From the NCBI GenBank assembly GCA_015060075.1, contig SUZE01000007.1, positions 9,119 to 73,118 of the forward strand: a stretch of 64,000 nucleotides of DNA, written 5' to 3'. Below, one piece after another: positions 46,794-55,632 of the stretch (position 1 is its first letter; every line of letters begins with the position of its first letter). The translations under genes were made by a program, and so were the position numbers. Under the pieces are notes generated by a model. It was not told where the DNA came from, ran no database searches, and worked only from the letters and a program-made list of their open reading frames with translations. The DNA is from Rikenellaceae bacterium. Its GTDB lineage: Bacteria; Bacteroidota; Bacteroidia; Bacteroidales; Rikenellaceae.

Positions 46794-47423
46794 ATGGAGA
46801 AGAAGATTGCAAAAGAGTTACTTTCGATTAACGCAGTATTTTTGCGCCCAGAGCAACCATTTACTTGGGCAAGTGGCATCAAGAGCCCAATCTACTGCGA
46901 CAACCGCCTTATCTTGACTGCACCACGTGTTCGTGAGCAGGTGGAGGCTGGTTTGGCAGAGTTGGTAAAGAAGCATTTTCCTGAGTGCGAGGTGTTGATG
47001 GGAACTTCGACCGCAGGTATTGCTCACGCTGCTATTGTGGCTACAATTCTCGATTTGCCAATGGGATATGTTCGTAGTGGTGCGAAGGACCACGGTCGTA
47101 CAAACCGCATTGAGGGTAAGTTGGAGAAGGGACAGAAGGTTGTTGTTGTCGAGGATTTGATTTCGACAGGTGGCTCTTGTATCGAGGTTGTCGATGCCTT
47201 GCGTGAGGCAGGAGCAGATGTTTTGGGTATAGTGAGCATCTTTACCTACGGCATGAAGCGTGGTGTGGAGCGCATCGCCGAGGCTAATACCGTAAACTAC
47301 TCACTCTCAAATCTCGATGCACTCGTAGAGGTTGCTGCCGAGGAGGGATATATCGCTTCGGAGTGGAAGGAGCGTATCCTCACATTCCGCAATAACCCAA
47401 GCGATGAGAGTTGGATTAAATAA
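46794..47423 (+). CDS. pyrE: Orotate phosphoribosyltransferase
   Basis: The N-terminal block is [16 protein letters not shown] and the PRPP-binding loop is [13 protein letters not shown]. Confidence 0.93.
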   Translation: MEKKIAKELLSINAVFLRPEQPFTWASGIKSPIYCDNRLILTAPRVREQVEAGLAELVKKHFPECEVLMGTSTAGIAHAAIVATILDLPMGYVRSGAKDHGRTNRIEGKLEKGQKVVVVEDLISTGGSCIEVVDALREAGADVLGIVSIFTYGMKRGVERIAEANTVNYSLSNLDALVEVAAEEGYIASEWKERILTFRNNPSDESWIK

Positions 47424-47449
47424 ACGGAAAACATTTTATTCTTACAACT

Positions 47450-48532
47450 ATGAGACATTTAACTGACCCTACGGATTTAACCCGCAAAGAGACCGATGAT
47501 ATTGTCGCTCTGGCACTCGATATTATAGCAAACCGTCAGAAATATAGCGAGGTTTGCAAAGGCAAGAAGTTGGCTACGCTCTTCTACGAGCCTTCAACCC
47601 GTACCCGTTTGAGCTTTACCGCTGCAATGATGGAGTTGGGCGGTAATGTACTCGGCTTTTCCGATGCTAACTCTTCGTCTGTAAGCAAGGGCGAAACGGT
47701 GGAGGATACCGTTCGTGTAGTTGGTAACTTCGTGGATATTATCGCTATGCGCCACCATATTGAGGGTGCTCCACTCGATGCTTCGATGGTGTCGAAAGTG
47801 CCTATCATCAATGCTGGCGATGGTGCGCATGCTCACCCAACACAGACTCTGACCGACCTCTTGACGATGACTCGTGAGTTGGGACACTTGGATAACCTTA
47901 CAATCGGCTTCTGTGGCGATTTGCTCTATGGTCGTACCGTTCATTCGCTTATTAAGGCGATGTCACGCTACGAGGGGACCAAGTTTGTGCTTATCGCTCC
48001 CGATTCGCTCCGTTTGCCCGACTATATCAAGCACGATGTGTGCGAGAAGAATGGCATAGAGTATCGTGAGGTATCTTCGCTCGAAGAGGTTATCGGAGAG
48101 TTGGATATCCTCTATATGACACGTGTTCAGCAGGAGCGTTTCTCGGATAAGGCGGAGTATGAGCGTGTGAAAGATTGCTATATCCTCGATGCCGAGAAGA
48201 TGGCGTTGGCAAAGGAGAAGATGGCAGTTTTGCACCCACTCCCTCGTGTAAACGAGATTGCAAAGGAGGTTGATGCTGACCCTCGTGCAGCCTATTTCCG
48301 TCAGGTGGAGAATGGTAAGTTCGTGCGTATGGCACTGATGTACACACTGCTGAAGTGGAAAGAAGAGGGCGCAGAGCCGTTGCATAACCACGAAGGCGTG
48401 GAGGTTGAAGGCTTGACTTGCCCGAACAAGAAGTGCATCTGCAACAACGAGCCTGTGGATTATAAGTTCCAACTCTCGGAGGGTGGGGTATATCGTTGCC
48501 TCTACTGCTCGACAAAGGCAGAAGAGAGATAG
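47450..48532 (+). CDS. pyrB: Aspartate carbamoyltransferase catalytic chain fused to a PyrI-type zinc domain
   Basis: The ATCase motifs are [13 protein letters not shown] and HPLPR. The C-terminal roughly 45 aa, [37 protein letters not shown], have the Cx4C...Cx2C pattern of the PyrI zinc domain. No separate pyrI gene follows. Confidence 0.88.
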   Translation: MRHLTDPTDLTRKETDDIVALALDIIANRQKYSEVCKGKKLATLFYEPSTRTRLSFTAAMMELGGNVLGFSDANSSSVSKGETVEDTVRVVGNFVDIIAMRHHIEGAPLDASMVSKVPIINAGDGAHAHPTQTLTDLLTMTRELGHLDNLTIGFCGDLLYGRTVHSLIKAMSRYEGTKFVLIAPDSLRLPDYIKHDVCEKNGIEYREVSSLEEVIGELDILYMTRVQQERFSDKAEYERVKDCYILDAEKMALAKEKMAVLHPLPRVNEIAKEVDADPRAAYFRQVENGKFVRMALMYTLLKWKEEGAEPLHNHEGVEVEGLTCPNKKCICNNEPVDYKFQLSEGGVYRCLYCSTKAEER

Positions 48533-48556
48533 TGAAGAGGTCTCTTCCTCTTGCGG

Positions 48557-48599
48557 GTGAGGAGTGAGGAGATAGGAGATAGGAGATAGGAGTGAGGAG
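48557..48599. repeat. GGAG-word tandem array (gtgaggag / ataggag)
   Basis: The sequence is gtgaggagtgaggagataggagataggagataggagtgaggag. It lies immediately outside the left inverted repeat. Confidence 0.65.
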
Positions 48600-48601
48600 T
48601 T

Positions 48602-48809
48602 GAAAACTTTCAGCGCACCCCATAAAGCGAACGGAGTGAGCGCCCCCAGTAAGGGCGGAACGCCCGCCCCCAGTAACCCCCAGAAAGGTTGCGCCGTGAT
48701 GAGAGTAGGAGTCCGCACAACCGTAACACCGTAACAAGCGTAACATAACCGTAACAGCGTAACAAGGGGCGTGCCTATGTTACGGTGTTACGCTGTTACG
48801 CTGTTACGC
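48602..48809. repeat. Left inverted-repeat arm: GC-rich hairpin region plus a palindromic array of 5 forward and 4 reverse CGTAACA units
   Basis: The array reads ccgtaacaccgtaacaagcgtaacataaccgtaacagcgtaaca-aggggcgtgcct-atgttacggtgttacgctgttacgctgttacgc. Confidence 0.8.
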
Positions 48810-49948
48810 TACGGTAGATATAGAACACCTCCGTTCTCAACTACAAGCCTTTTGGCTATCGCCCTCGCCACCTTCACACGGGCGTGGGCACGATTTATAT
48901 TCTCACTCTCTACCAACTTGGTTATCATTATTTTGCGCTCAATACCATTCGGATAACCCTCTTGTATTATCCGCACGCAACTATTTACTTCGGTGGTCGC
49001 TTCACTCGACTCGTTAGGCATCTCACACTCTTCGGGTAAGCCACTCTCCGTAATATGGAATGCAAAGGGTGCAAACTCCTCGTTACGGCAGTATTGTGGC
49101 TCCACAACGGAACGCTCTCCAACCTTACGGACATATATCATTGTTTCGACCTTACGCTGCAAAGTCGAGCCTATATGTCCTCTCGCTTTGTCGCTATTGG
49201 GGTTGGTGTGTAGTACGCTCATTATATGGCAGCGATACTCCGTGGAGAGTGCCATAAATTCACCTACTACGGCATCACTCTCCTCGATGCAGTTGCTGTT
49301 ATACATCAAGTCGCTAATGCCATCTACAACCACCAATCGTGGGTGGTAGTAGGCTATTGCGGCACGCAGTATGTTGAAACGCTCCTTCGGCTCTACCTCA
49401 CGCAGAGTGAGCGTTTGCAACCTATCGAAGGGCGCAGTGTCATCTACGCCAGCCATACGATGTATGCGCTGAATAACTTTCAGCACATGGTTAGCCGACT
49501 GCTCGGTATCAACCCACAACACCGTAGTTTTGGGTGAGGGTGCAATACCGAAGCAGGCTGTACCGGGTGAGCGTAGGAGTGCGCCTACAAGAGCCGTACA
49601 GAGAAATGTTTTCTTGCTCTTGGCAGCACCTACGATAGCCGAGATATTGCCTTCGGAGGCTATGACCGAGCCGTAGTGCGAAATTATCGGTACGGGTTCG
49701 GGAATATTGGCTGACGCATCTATAAGGTGCGGTTTGATGGCGTTATAACGGCAGTTCTGCTCGATACGCTCACGCACCTCATCACTATTATACTTAGGTT
49801 TCAACTCCTCGTATAGTTCGCTTTTGGGCGATTGCGGTGAGGAGTCTGCGGGTGGCTTGCCCGAAGCGAATTCGAGCATCTCTTTGAGCGAAGTACCCAA
49901 TAAAGGTGTACGGGTAGTATTCTCACTACCCTTATCAGTAATTGACAT
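48809..49948 (-). CDS. RecA-fold P-loop ATPase (RepA/AAA_25-like) with a probable C-terminal winged-helix domain
   Basis: The Walker A-like motif is VGAAKSKKTF and the Walker B motif is PRLVVVDGISDL. A sensor block HIMSVLHTNPNSDKARGHIGSTLQRKVE follows. The basic helical C-terminus is ERKIMITKLVESENINRAHARVKVARAIAKRL. The stop codon abuts the left arm. Confidence 0.7.
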   Translation of the reverse strand: MSITDKGSENTTRTPLLGTSLKEMLEFASGKPPADSSPQSPKSELYEELKPKYNSDEVRERIEQNCRYNAIKPHLIDASANIPEPVPIISHYGSVIASEGNISAIVGAAKSKKTFLCTALVGALLRSPGTACFGIAPSPKTTVLWVDTEQSANHVLKVIQRIHRMAGVDDTAPFDRLQTLTLREVEPKERFNILRAAIAYYHPRLVVVDGISDLMYNSNCIEESDAVVGEFMALSTEYRCHIMSVLHTNPNSDKARGHIGSTLQRKVETMIYVRKVGERSVVEPQYCRNEEFAPFAFHITESGLPEECEMPNESSEATTEVNSCVRIIQEGYPNGIERKIMITKLVESENINRAHARVKVARAIAKRLVVENGGVLYLP

Positions 49949-50058
49949 ATTTTTAATAGATTAAAGGTTAATAAATAGGTCTTTGTGGCCAAAAGACAGT
50001 GCAAATATACAACACGAAAAAGCCCTTGTCAATATATATTTTTTAGAAAAAGTTACAA

Positions 50059-50280
50059 AGCGTAACAGCGTAACAGCGTAACATAGGCACGCCCCTTGTT
50101 ACGGTGTTACGGTTTTGTTACGCTTGTTACGGTGTTACGGTTTTGTTACGGGTGTTACGGTTATGCGGACTCCGAGGGTTGTCAAGGCGCAGACTTTTCT
50201 GGGGGTTACTGGGGGCGGGCGTTCCGCCCTTACTGGGGGCGCTCACTCCGTTCGCTTTATGGGGTGCGCTGAAAGTTTTC
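50059..50280. repeat. Right inverted-repeat arm: 3 forward and 7 reverse CGTAACA units plus the GC-rich region
   Basis: It is the reverse complement of the left arm but with different unit counts. The centre is ataggcacgcccctt. Confidence 0.8.
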
Positions 50281-50517
50281 TGCTACCCCGAACTCTGAGC
50301 GTGGTCACGGCGCAGACTTAAATGGCATGCGCTCGTTTCACTCGCTGAATGACAAGGAATGACATGCGCTCCCGTTGGTCGCTGAATGACAAGCGCTGGT
50401 TGCTGTTGTCAGTGCGCCCTGCTATTAAGCAGTCGTTAGACTGCGCTGTCATTCAATGCCATCTTATTGGCGCAACTCTCGTCTATCGTCTTGAATTATC
50501 GTTATTTTTTGAAATTT

Positions 50518-50547
50518 CTCTCGTCTCTCGTCTTTCGTCTCTCGTCT
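50518..50547. repeat. CTCTCGT-word array, identical to 32029-32058
   Basis: The sequence ctctcgtctctcgtctttcgtctctcgtct ends 5 nt before the rlmD -7 box TATCTTTG at 50553-50560. Confidence 0.7.
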
Positions 50548-50578
50548 TTTTATTATCTTTGTGCCAAAGTTTGAAAAG

Positions 50579-51988
50579 ATGGCAAGAAAGAAGGGACCTA
50601 TGCCCCTGATTGAGGGGTTGGAGATAACGACTTTGGCAGCCGAGGGTAAGGCGATGGGGCACCACGAGGGGGTGGTGATTTTCGTGCCTATGACCATACC
50701 TGGCGATATTGTCGATGTACAGATTACCAAGCGACACCGCCGCTTTATGGAGGGCAGGGTAGTACGCTTTGTGCATAAGTCGGAAAATCGTGTAGAGCCA
50801 ATCTGCAAGCACTTTGGTGTTTGCGGAGGTTGCAAGTGGCAAAATCTCCCATACCAAACACAACTCGACTACAAGACGCAGCAGGTGTGCGACCAACTTG
50901 TGCGTATCGGCAAACTCGATATTCCCGAAGTGCGCCCTTGTCTCGGCTCGGAGCAACAACTCTACTACCGCAATAAAATCGAGTACACCTTTGCCGATAA
51001 GCGTTGGCTCACCTACGAGGAGATTGCCGAGCAGGGCGATATTGCGCCAATGCCCGCACTCGGTTTCCATATTCCGAATATGTTTGACAAGATTCTCGAT
51101 ATCGAGGAGTGCCACTTGCAGGCTTCGCCATCGAACGAGATTCGCAACTTTATAAAGCAGTTCTGCATCGAAAACGGCTACTCGTTCCATAATGCTCGTG
51201 CGCATGAGGGTTTGATGCGTGGAATTATCCTCCGGACCGCCTCTACGGGCGATATTATGCTCACAATAATCTTCAACGAGAACGACAAGGAGCGCATCTC
51301 GGCGTTGTTTGATGCTGTTTTGAAGGAGTTTCCGCAGATTACATCGGCTGTATATTTCATCAACGAGAAGTGGAACGACTCTACGGGCGATTTAGTGCCT
51401 ATCTGCTACGCTGGCAAGGACCATATTATGGAGGAGATGGAGGGCTTACAGTTTAAGGTAGGACCAAAATCGTTCTACCAAACCAACTCGAAGCAGGCAT
51501 ACGAACTCTATAAGGTTACTCGTGAGTTTGCCGATTTGAAGGAGGGCGATACCCTCTACGACCTCTACACGGGTACGGGAACGATTGCCAACTTCTGCGC
51601 AAAGCGTTGTAAGAAGGTTGTCGGCATCGAGTATGTGCCCGAAGCAATTGAGGATGCAAAAATCAACTCGGCAATCAACAAAATCGAGAATACGGTATTC
51701 TACGCAGGCGATATGAAGAAGGTCTTAAACAACGACTTTATCGCCAAGAACGGTCGCCCTGATGTGATTATTTTGGACCCTCCACGTGCAGGAGTTGATG
51801 AGCCTGTTATTGAGGTTATTCTGAACGCTGCACCCGAGCGAATTGTCTATGTTAGTTGCAACCCTGCAACTCAGGCACGAGATTTGGCATTGATGAGCGA
51901 AAAGTATCGTGTTGTAGCGGTGCAGCCTGTGGATATGTTCCCACACACTCACCATGTCGAAAATGTCGTAAAACTCGAAAAACGATGA
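50579..51988 (+). CDS. rlmD: 23S rRNA (uracil-C5)-methyltransferase RlmD/RumA family
   Basis: A TRAM domain is followed by the Fe-S cysteines CKHFGVCGGCKWQ. The SAM motifs are DLYTGTGTI and ILDPPRAG. I prefer the ATG at 50579 over the GTG at 50561 because the -7 box ends at 50560. Confidence 0.88.
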   Translation: MARKKGPMPLIEGLEITTLAAEGKAMGHHEGVVIFVPMTIPGDIVDVQITKRHRRFMEGRVVRFVHKSENRVEPICKHFGVCGGCKWQNLPYQTQLDYKTQQVCDQLVRIGKLDIPEVRPCLGSEQQLYYRNKIEYTFADKRWLTYEEIAEQGDIAPMPALGFHIPNMFDKILDIEECHLQASPSNEIRNFIKQFCIENGYSFHNARAHEGLMRGIILRTASTGDIMLTIIFNENDKERISALFDAVLKEFPQITSAVYFINEKWNDSTGDLVPICYAGKDHIMEEMEGLQFKVGPKSFYQTNSKQAYELYKVTREFADLKEGDTLYDLYTGTGTIANFCAKRCKKVVGIEYVPEAIEDAKINSAINKIENTVFYAGDMKKVLNNDFIAKNGRPDVIILDPPRAGVDEPVIEVILNAAPERIVYVSCNPATQARDLALMSEKYRVVAVQPVDMFPHTHHVENVVKLEKR

Positions 51989-53094
51989 ACAGATTTATTC
52001 TATACTTGATAGGTCTATCCCTTGCCATAGTATCTTGTACAAAGGCAGAGCCAACTACACCCATTATATCTGTTACTCCCGAAGTGCTGAACTTCGAGGC
52101 AGAGGGTGGCTCGCAGAGGGTAACGGTTACCACAAATATCACATACGATATTTCGGAAAGTGCCGATTGGTTATCGTGCGAGAAGGGTAATGGTGAGATA
52201 AAGGTTGTTGTAGCCGCATCGACAGAGAAGAATCCTCGCCGTGCCAATATCTTGATATGGAATTTGGATTGCGACATAGCAAAGAGTATTCAGGTAATAC
52301 AAGCAGCATATACTCAACCCATCAATATCGAAGGTTGGGCAGAGATGCCGGCAAAGGCTGAGAATGTAAATTGGGAGTATGGCTACCACGATAAGTTGCC
52401 ATCGAACAACAAGTTGCGCAACTACTCATTCTGCTTTGACAAGGAGAAACATTGTGCTTTGTGGGTGGCGTATCCGTTGCACAAATGTTACATAGAGGGC
52501 GATGGTCATCGTACCGAAGATTGGGAGTACGACCCTTGCTGTATAGAGGATAAGTATGAGCCTAATTTAAAGTATTCGTACTACTCACAGGGTGGCGGAA
52601 CGAATACCCACTCAAAAGGGCATCACCTTCCATCGGCGGACCGTTTGGCTTCGGACGAGGACAATGCCACAACCTTCTACTTTACCAATATGACGCCACA
52701 ATTGCAGTCGCTCAATGGTAGCACTTGGGCTTCACTCGAAGGAAATATAACCAACAAGTGGATATGTTCCGATACGCTCTATGTAGTTACAGGAGCGCAC
52801 TTTGCAGAGGGTTATGGCTACGCATACGATAATAAAGGAATGGGCAAGGCGTGTGCCGTTCCGACTCACTACTACAAGGTTATTCTGCGTACCAAGTCAG
52901 GTAAGAGTGGCAAATGGGTAGGCGACTGCTCGGCAAGTGAGTTGCAGTGTGTAGGTTTTTGGTTTGAACATAAGGGTAATGCTCCTCGCCAAACAATGTC
53001 GGTAGCGGAGATTGAGGAGAAAACAGGCTTTACCTTCTTCCCGAATGTACCAAACGCCCCTAAATCGACCTATAACGCCTCCGATTGGCAATAA
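51985..53094 (+). CDS. Lipoprotein DNA/RNA non-specific endonuclease with an N-terminal BACON domain (paralog of 4170-5402)
   Basis: The ATG at 51985 overlaps the rlmD stop (ATGA) and gives MNRFILYLIGLSLAIVSC. The BACON segment is ISVTPEVLNFEAEGGSQRVTVTTNITYDI. The nuclease blocks are SKGHHLPSADR and TNMTPQLQSLNGSTW. Confidence 0.82.
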   Translation: MNRFILYLIGLSLAIVSCTKAEPTTPIISVTPEVLNFEAEGGSQRVTVTTNITYDISESADWLSCEKGNGEIKVVVAASTEKNPRRANILIWNLDCDIAKSIQVIQAAYTQPINIEGWAEMPAKAENVNWEYGYHDKLPSNNKLRNYSFCFDKEKHCALWVAYPLHKCYIEGDGHRTEDWEYDPCCIEDKYEPNLKYSYYSQGGGTNTHSKGHHLPSADRLASDEDNATTFYFTNMTPQLQSLNGSTWASLEGNITNKWICSDTLYVVTGAHFAEGYGYAYDNKGMGKACAVPTHYYKVILRTKSGKSGKWVGDCSASELQCVGFWFEHKGNAPRQTMSVAEIEEKTGFTFFPNVPNAPKSTYNASDWQ

Positions 53095-53118
53095 ACTGAC
53101 ACAAAGAATAACGGAATT

Positions 53119-53156
53119 ATAGATGGGTATCGTTTTCGATACCCATCTATTGTTTT
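53119..53156. terminator. Bidirectional intrinsic terminator
   Basis: The 14-bp stem atagatgggtatcg/cgatacccatctat has a tttt loop and is followed by tgtttt. Confidence 0.8.
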
Positions 53157-53174
53157 ACATCTCAACGACTTTGA

Positions 53175-54158
53175 CTATAAGTGGCTCGCAAGTATTTGAG
53201 CCTTACCTTTGACTAATACCTCGTTGGCAATAGCAGGTATAAGCATCACCTCGCCCGTACGGAGCGTTTCCCTCTCCTCTCCATCAAGCACTACTTCTAC
53301 ATCACCTTCGATACACATATAAATCGTAAACGAGTCACGCTTGCAATAGTCCAACTCTGCCTCTCCGTCTACGAGAAGTATATCGGTCTTAAAGTGGTCG
53401 CAATCAACGATATTGACCTCCTCGTTTGTCGCCATAGCGTATGTTCTGCGACACTCATCTACGCCCGACTCGAAATCTATCGCATCAACTGCCAATGCGG
53501 TGTGGAGTTCACGAGATTTACCCTCGCTATCAACTCTATTCCAATCAAAAATGCGATAAGTTATATCCGAAGTCTGCTGAATCTCTATCACATTCAGCCC
53601 CTTTGCCAAGGCATGTACCGTACCCGCAGGGATAAAGAATACATCACCCTTCTTTACGGGTACAGCCTGCAAAATATCAGCTACCGTACCCTCGGCAACT
53701 GCTCGGATATACTCCTCACGGGTAATTTTCTTATTCTTGAAACCAAGATAGATAACAGCCCCCTCCTCAGCATCGGCAATATACCACATCTCGGTCTTTC
53801 CGAATGAGTTGTGACGCTCGGCTGCCAACTCATCGTTAGGGTGTACCTGTACCGATAGGGTATCGTTGCAATCGAGGTTCTTAATCAGCAACGGAAAATC
53901 CAAGCCAAACTGCTCGAATACCTCCTCGCCAACCAATTCACCCATATAAACCTCTATAATCTCTTGCAGGTCATTGCCTTTGAGAAAACCGTTTGCGACC
54001 TTTGATATTGAGCCTTTTACGCCCGAAATATCCCAGCTCTCGCCATAGACTTTCGATTTGTCCACCGAACGAGAGTATAATCCCTTTTTGATTTCGAGAA
54101 GGCGTTTTCCTCCCCAAATATTCTCTTTAAGCTGTGGTTTGAATTTGATAGGATACAT
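53175..54158 (-). CDS. manA: Class I mannose-6-phosphate isomerase (short bacterial type)
   Basis: The N-terminus is MYPIKFKPQLKENIWGG. The cupin metal site contains LSVQVHPND, and FIPAGTVHAL is also present. Confidence 0.85.
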   Translation of the reverse strand: MYPIKFKPQLKENIWGGKRLLEIKKGLYSRSVDKSKVYGESWDISGVKGSISKVANGFLKGNDLQEIIEVYMGELVGEEVFEQFGLDFPLLIKNLDCNDTLSVQVHPNDELAAERHNSFGKTEMWYIADAEEGAVIYLGFKNKKITREEYIRAVAEGTVADILQAVPVKKGDVFFIPAGTVHALAKGLNVIEIQQTSDITYRIFDWNRVDSEGKSRELHTALAVDAIDFESGVDECRRTYAMATNEEVNIVDCDHFKTDILLVDGEAELDYCKRDSFTIYMCIEGDVEVVLDGEERETLRTGEVMLIPAIANEVLVKGKAQILASHL

Positions 54159-54170
54159 ATATATATCGTT

Positions 54171-55460
54171 TTATTTGAATAACTCTTCGCACTTGGCTAC
54201 AACATCGTCTGCATCGGGTGTGAGTGAGAATACATGGCTCGGTTTAAGATAGAAAATATCCTTGTTGGCTCTGTAACGAGCCTCTCCGCCACCTGTAACA
54301 TTCAGCATAATAGTCGCCTTACGGTCGATATTGCCGGCTTGCACCTCTTTGATAAGAGTTGCCAACGCTACGGCAGGCGCAGGGTGAATGTCTATACCCT
54401 CGGTTTCGAGGAATAGTCGTGCAGCCTTTTGTGCTTGCAGGTTTGTAGCCTGCAAAACATCTCCACCTGTCGCTTTCAGTGCATCATACAGACCGCCCAC
54501 AATGCCGTATGGAGGTTTGCGGTTGGACAAAACCTTTGCATTGATAATAGTAGCATCACGGCGTGCATGATTGTCATCGTATGGCAACATATCTCGTGAG
54601 CTGGCACGCCAAGCATCGTACATCGGTACAAATGGCGCATTCTGCGAAACCATCAGTCGCATAAGGTTTGTACCATAGCGACCATCTTCGATAAGACGCA
54701 TATTTGCTTCCCATGCAGCGATTGCTCCCGTACCACTACCAACTGCTTGGAAATAGTAGTCGGGGATACGACCAATTGTGGTTACAGCCGACAATACGGT
54801 TGTTCCCATACCGTCACGGCGTGCGATGTTTTTTGCACCACCTTCGGCGTAGAACATTGGTGATTTCAACACCAAGTTGCTCAAATGAATTGCATCGAAG
54901 TAGTCGCCACCCTTTGTGCATGCAATCAACTTTACGCAATCATTCAGCGGAGCATCAAACCACAAGGCATCGAGATTATCCTCCGGCACTGCCAAAAGAA
55001 GTTTTATGTTATTTTCGGAGCAAACCTTTGCGAATGCTCGTGCAGTATTTCCTGCCGAAGCAACAACCAAAACTTTCTCGTTGTCGGCATCGGTACGGGC
55101 GCAAACACTATACGCCTCGGTCTCCTTGAACGAACAAGTTGTCATTGTCGCCCCTTTTTCGGGGAAATAACCATTAAAGGTGATGTAGAGATTCTCCAAA
55201 CCGAGGGCTTTTGCCAAGCCCTCACTCTTGTATGTCGTATGTGTTGCCTCGCAGTGGAGCATGCGCTTCATCGGTAGCCAATCACGATATTTATAGAGCC
55301 CTTTGTCATCGTAAACGGTCAGTTGTTTTTTAGCATACTGCGCACGAATAAGCGAAGGCTTTTCGCAAGTAGGGCAGTCAAGCGACCAACCATTATCCTC
55401 GAACTCCTCGCCTGTTGCCACACAGAGGAGATTGTATTCGGTAGGGGTAAAACCTTTCAT
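54171..55460 (-). CDS. Threonine-synthase-fold PLP enzyme, cysteate-synthase-like
   Basis: The N-terminal block YNLLCVATGEEFEDNGWSLDCPTCEKPSLIRAQY and the PLP-lysine block TCSFKETEAY resemble cysteate synthases rather than canonical ThrC. This assignment is from memory only. Confidence 0.6.
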   Translation of the reverse strand: MKGFTPTEYNLLCVATGEEFEDNGWSLDCPTCEKPSLIRAQYAKKQLTVYDDKGLYKYRDWLPMKRMLHCEATHTTYKSEGLAKALGLENLYITFNGYFPEKGATMTTCSFKETEAYSVCARTDADNEKVLVVASAGNTARAFAKVCSENNIKLLLAVPEDNLDALWFDAPLNDCVKLIACTKGGDYFDAIHLSNLVLKSPMFYAEGGAKNIARRDGMGTTVLSAVTTIGRIPDYYFQAVGSGTGAIAAWEANMRLIEDGRYGTNLMRLMVSQNAPFVPMYDAWRASSRDMLPYDDNHARRDATIINAKVLSNRKPPYGIVGGLYDALKATGGDVLQATNLQAQKAARLFLETEGIDIHPAPAVALATLIKEVQAGNIDRKATIMLNVTGGGEARYRANKDIFYLKPSHVFSLTPDADDVVAKCEELFK

Positions 55461-55632
55461 ATAGTCTCTGTTATCTACTTTTTTGACACTATTTTATCCT
55501 TTCAAGGAAGGACCTCGCAAATATAGTAAAATAATCTGTAAAGATGAAATGGCTGTTCCAAATTGGGTATTTCTGCGGATAAAACAGACCTAATCACCAT
55601 AAAAACAAAACGACCACCTTCTTTGGTGGTCG

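Larger units (their letters stand above)
48602..50280. mobile_element. 1.68-kb unit bounded by long imperfect inverted repeats and carrying one RecA-fold ATPase gene; candidate replicon-like or mobile module
   Basis: The outer ends gaaaactttcagcgcacccc (48602-) and ggggtgcgctgaaagttttc (-50280) are exact reverse complements. The arms align over about 210 bp. I saw no target-site duplication and no integrase or transposase. Confidence 0.45.

Noticed and set aside
48720-50165. CRISPR-like appearance of the repeated GTAACA units and other word arrays.
   Set aside because: The units are 7-11 bp and directly adjacent with no spacers. They switch orientation within an array, and no cas genes are present. 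These are not CRISPR arrays.
48602-50280. Classifying the inverted-repeat-bounded unit as an ordinary IS element or transposon.
   Set aside because: It encodes no DDE, serine or tyrosine recombinase. The arms are about 210 bp rather than 15-40 bp, and I saw no target-site duplication. I report it only as an unclassified candidate element.
50104-50321. Short ORFs inside the inverted-repeat arms: 50104-50298, 50115-50321, and the 5' part of 48090-48746.
   Set aside because: They are created by the repeat sequence itself and mirror each other between arms. They have no start context and no recognisable protein features.
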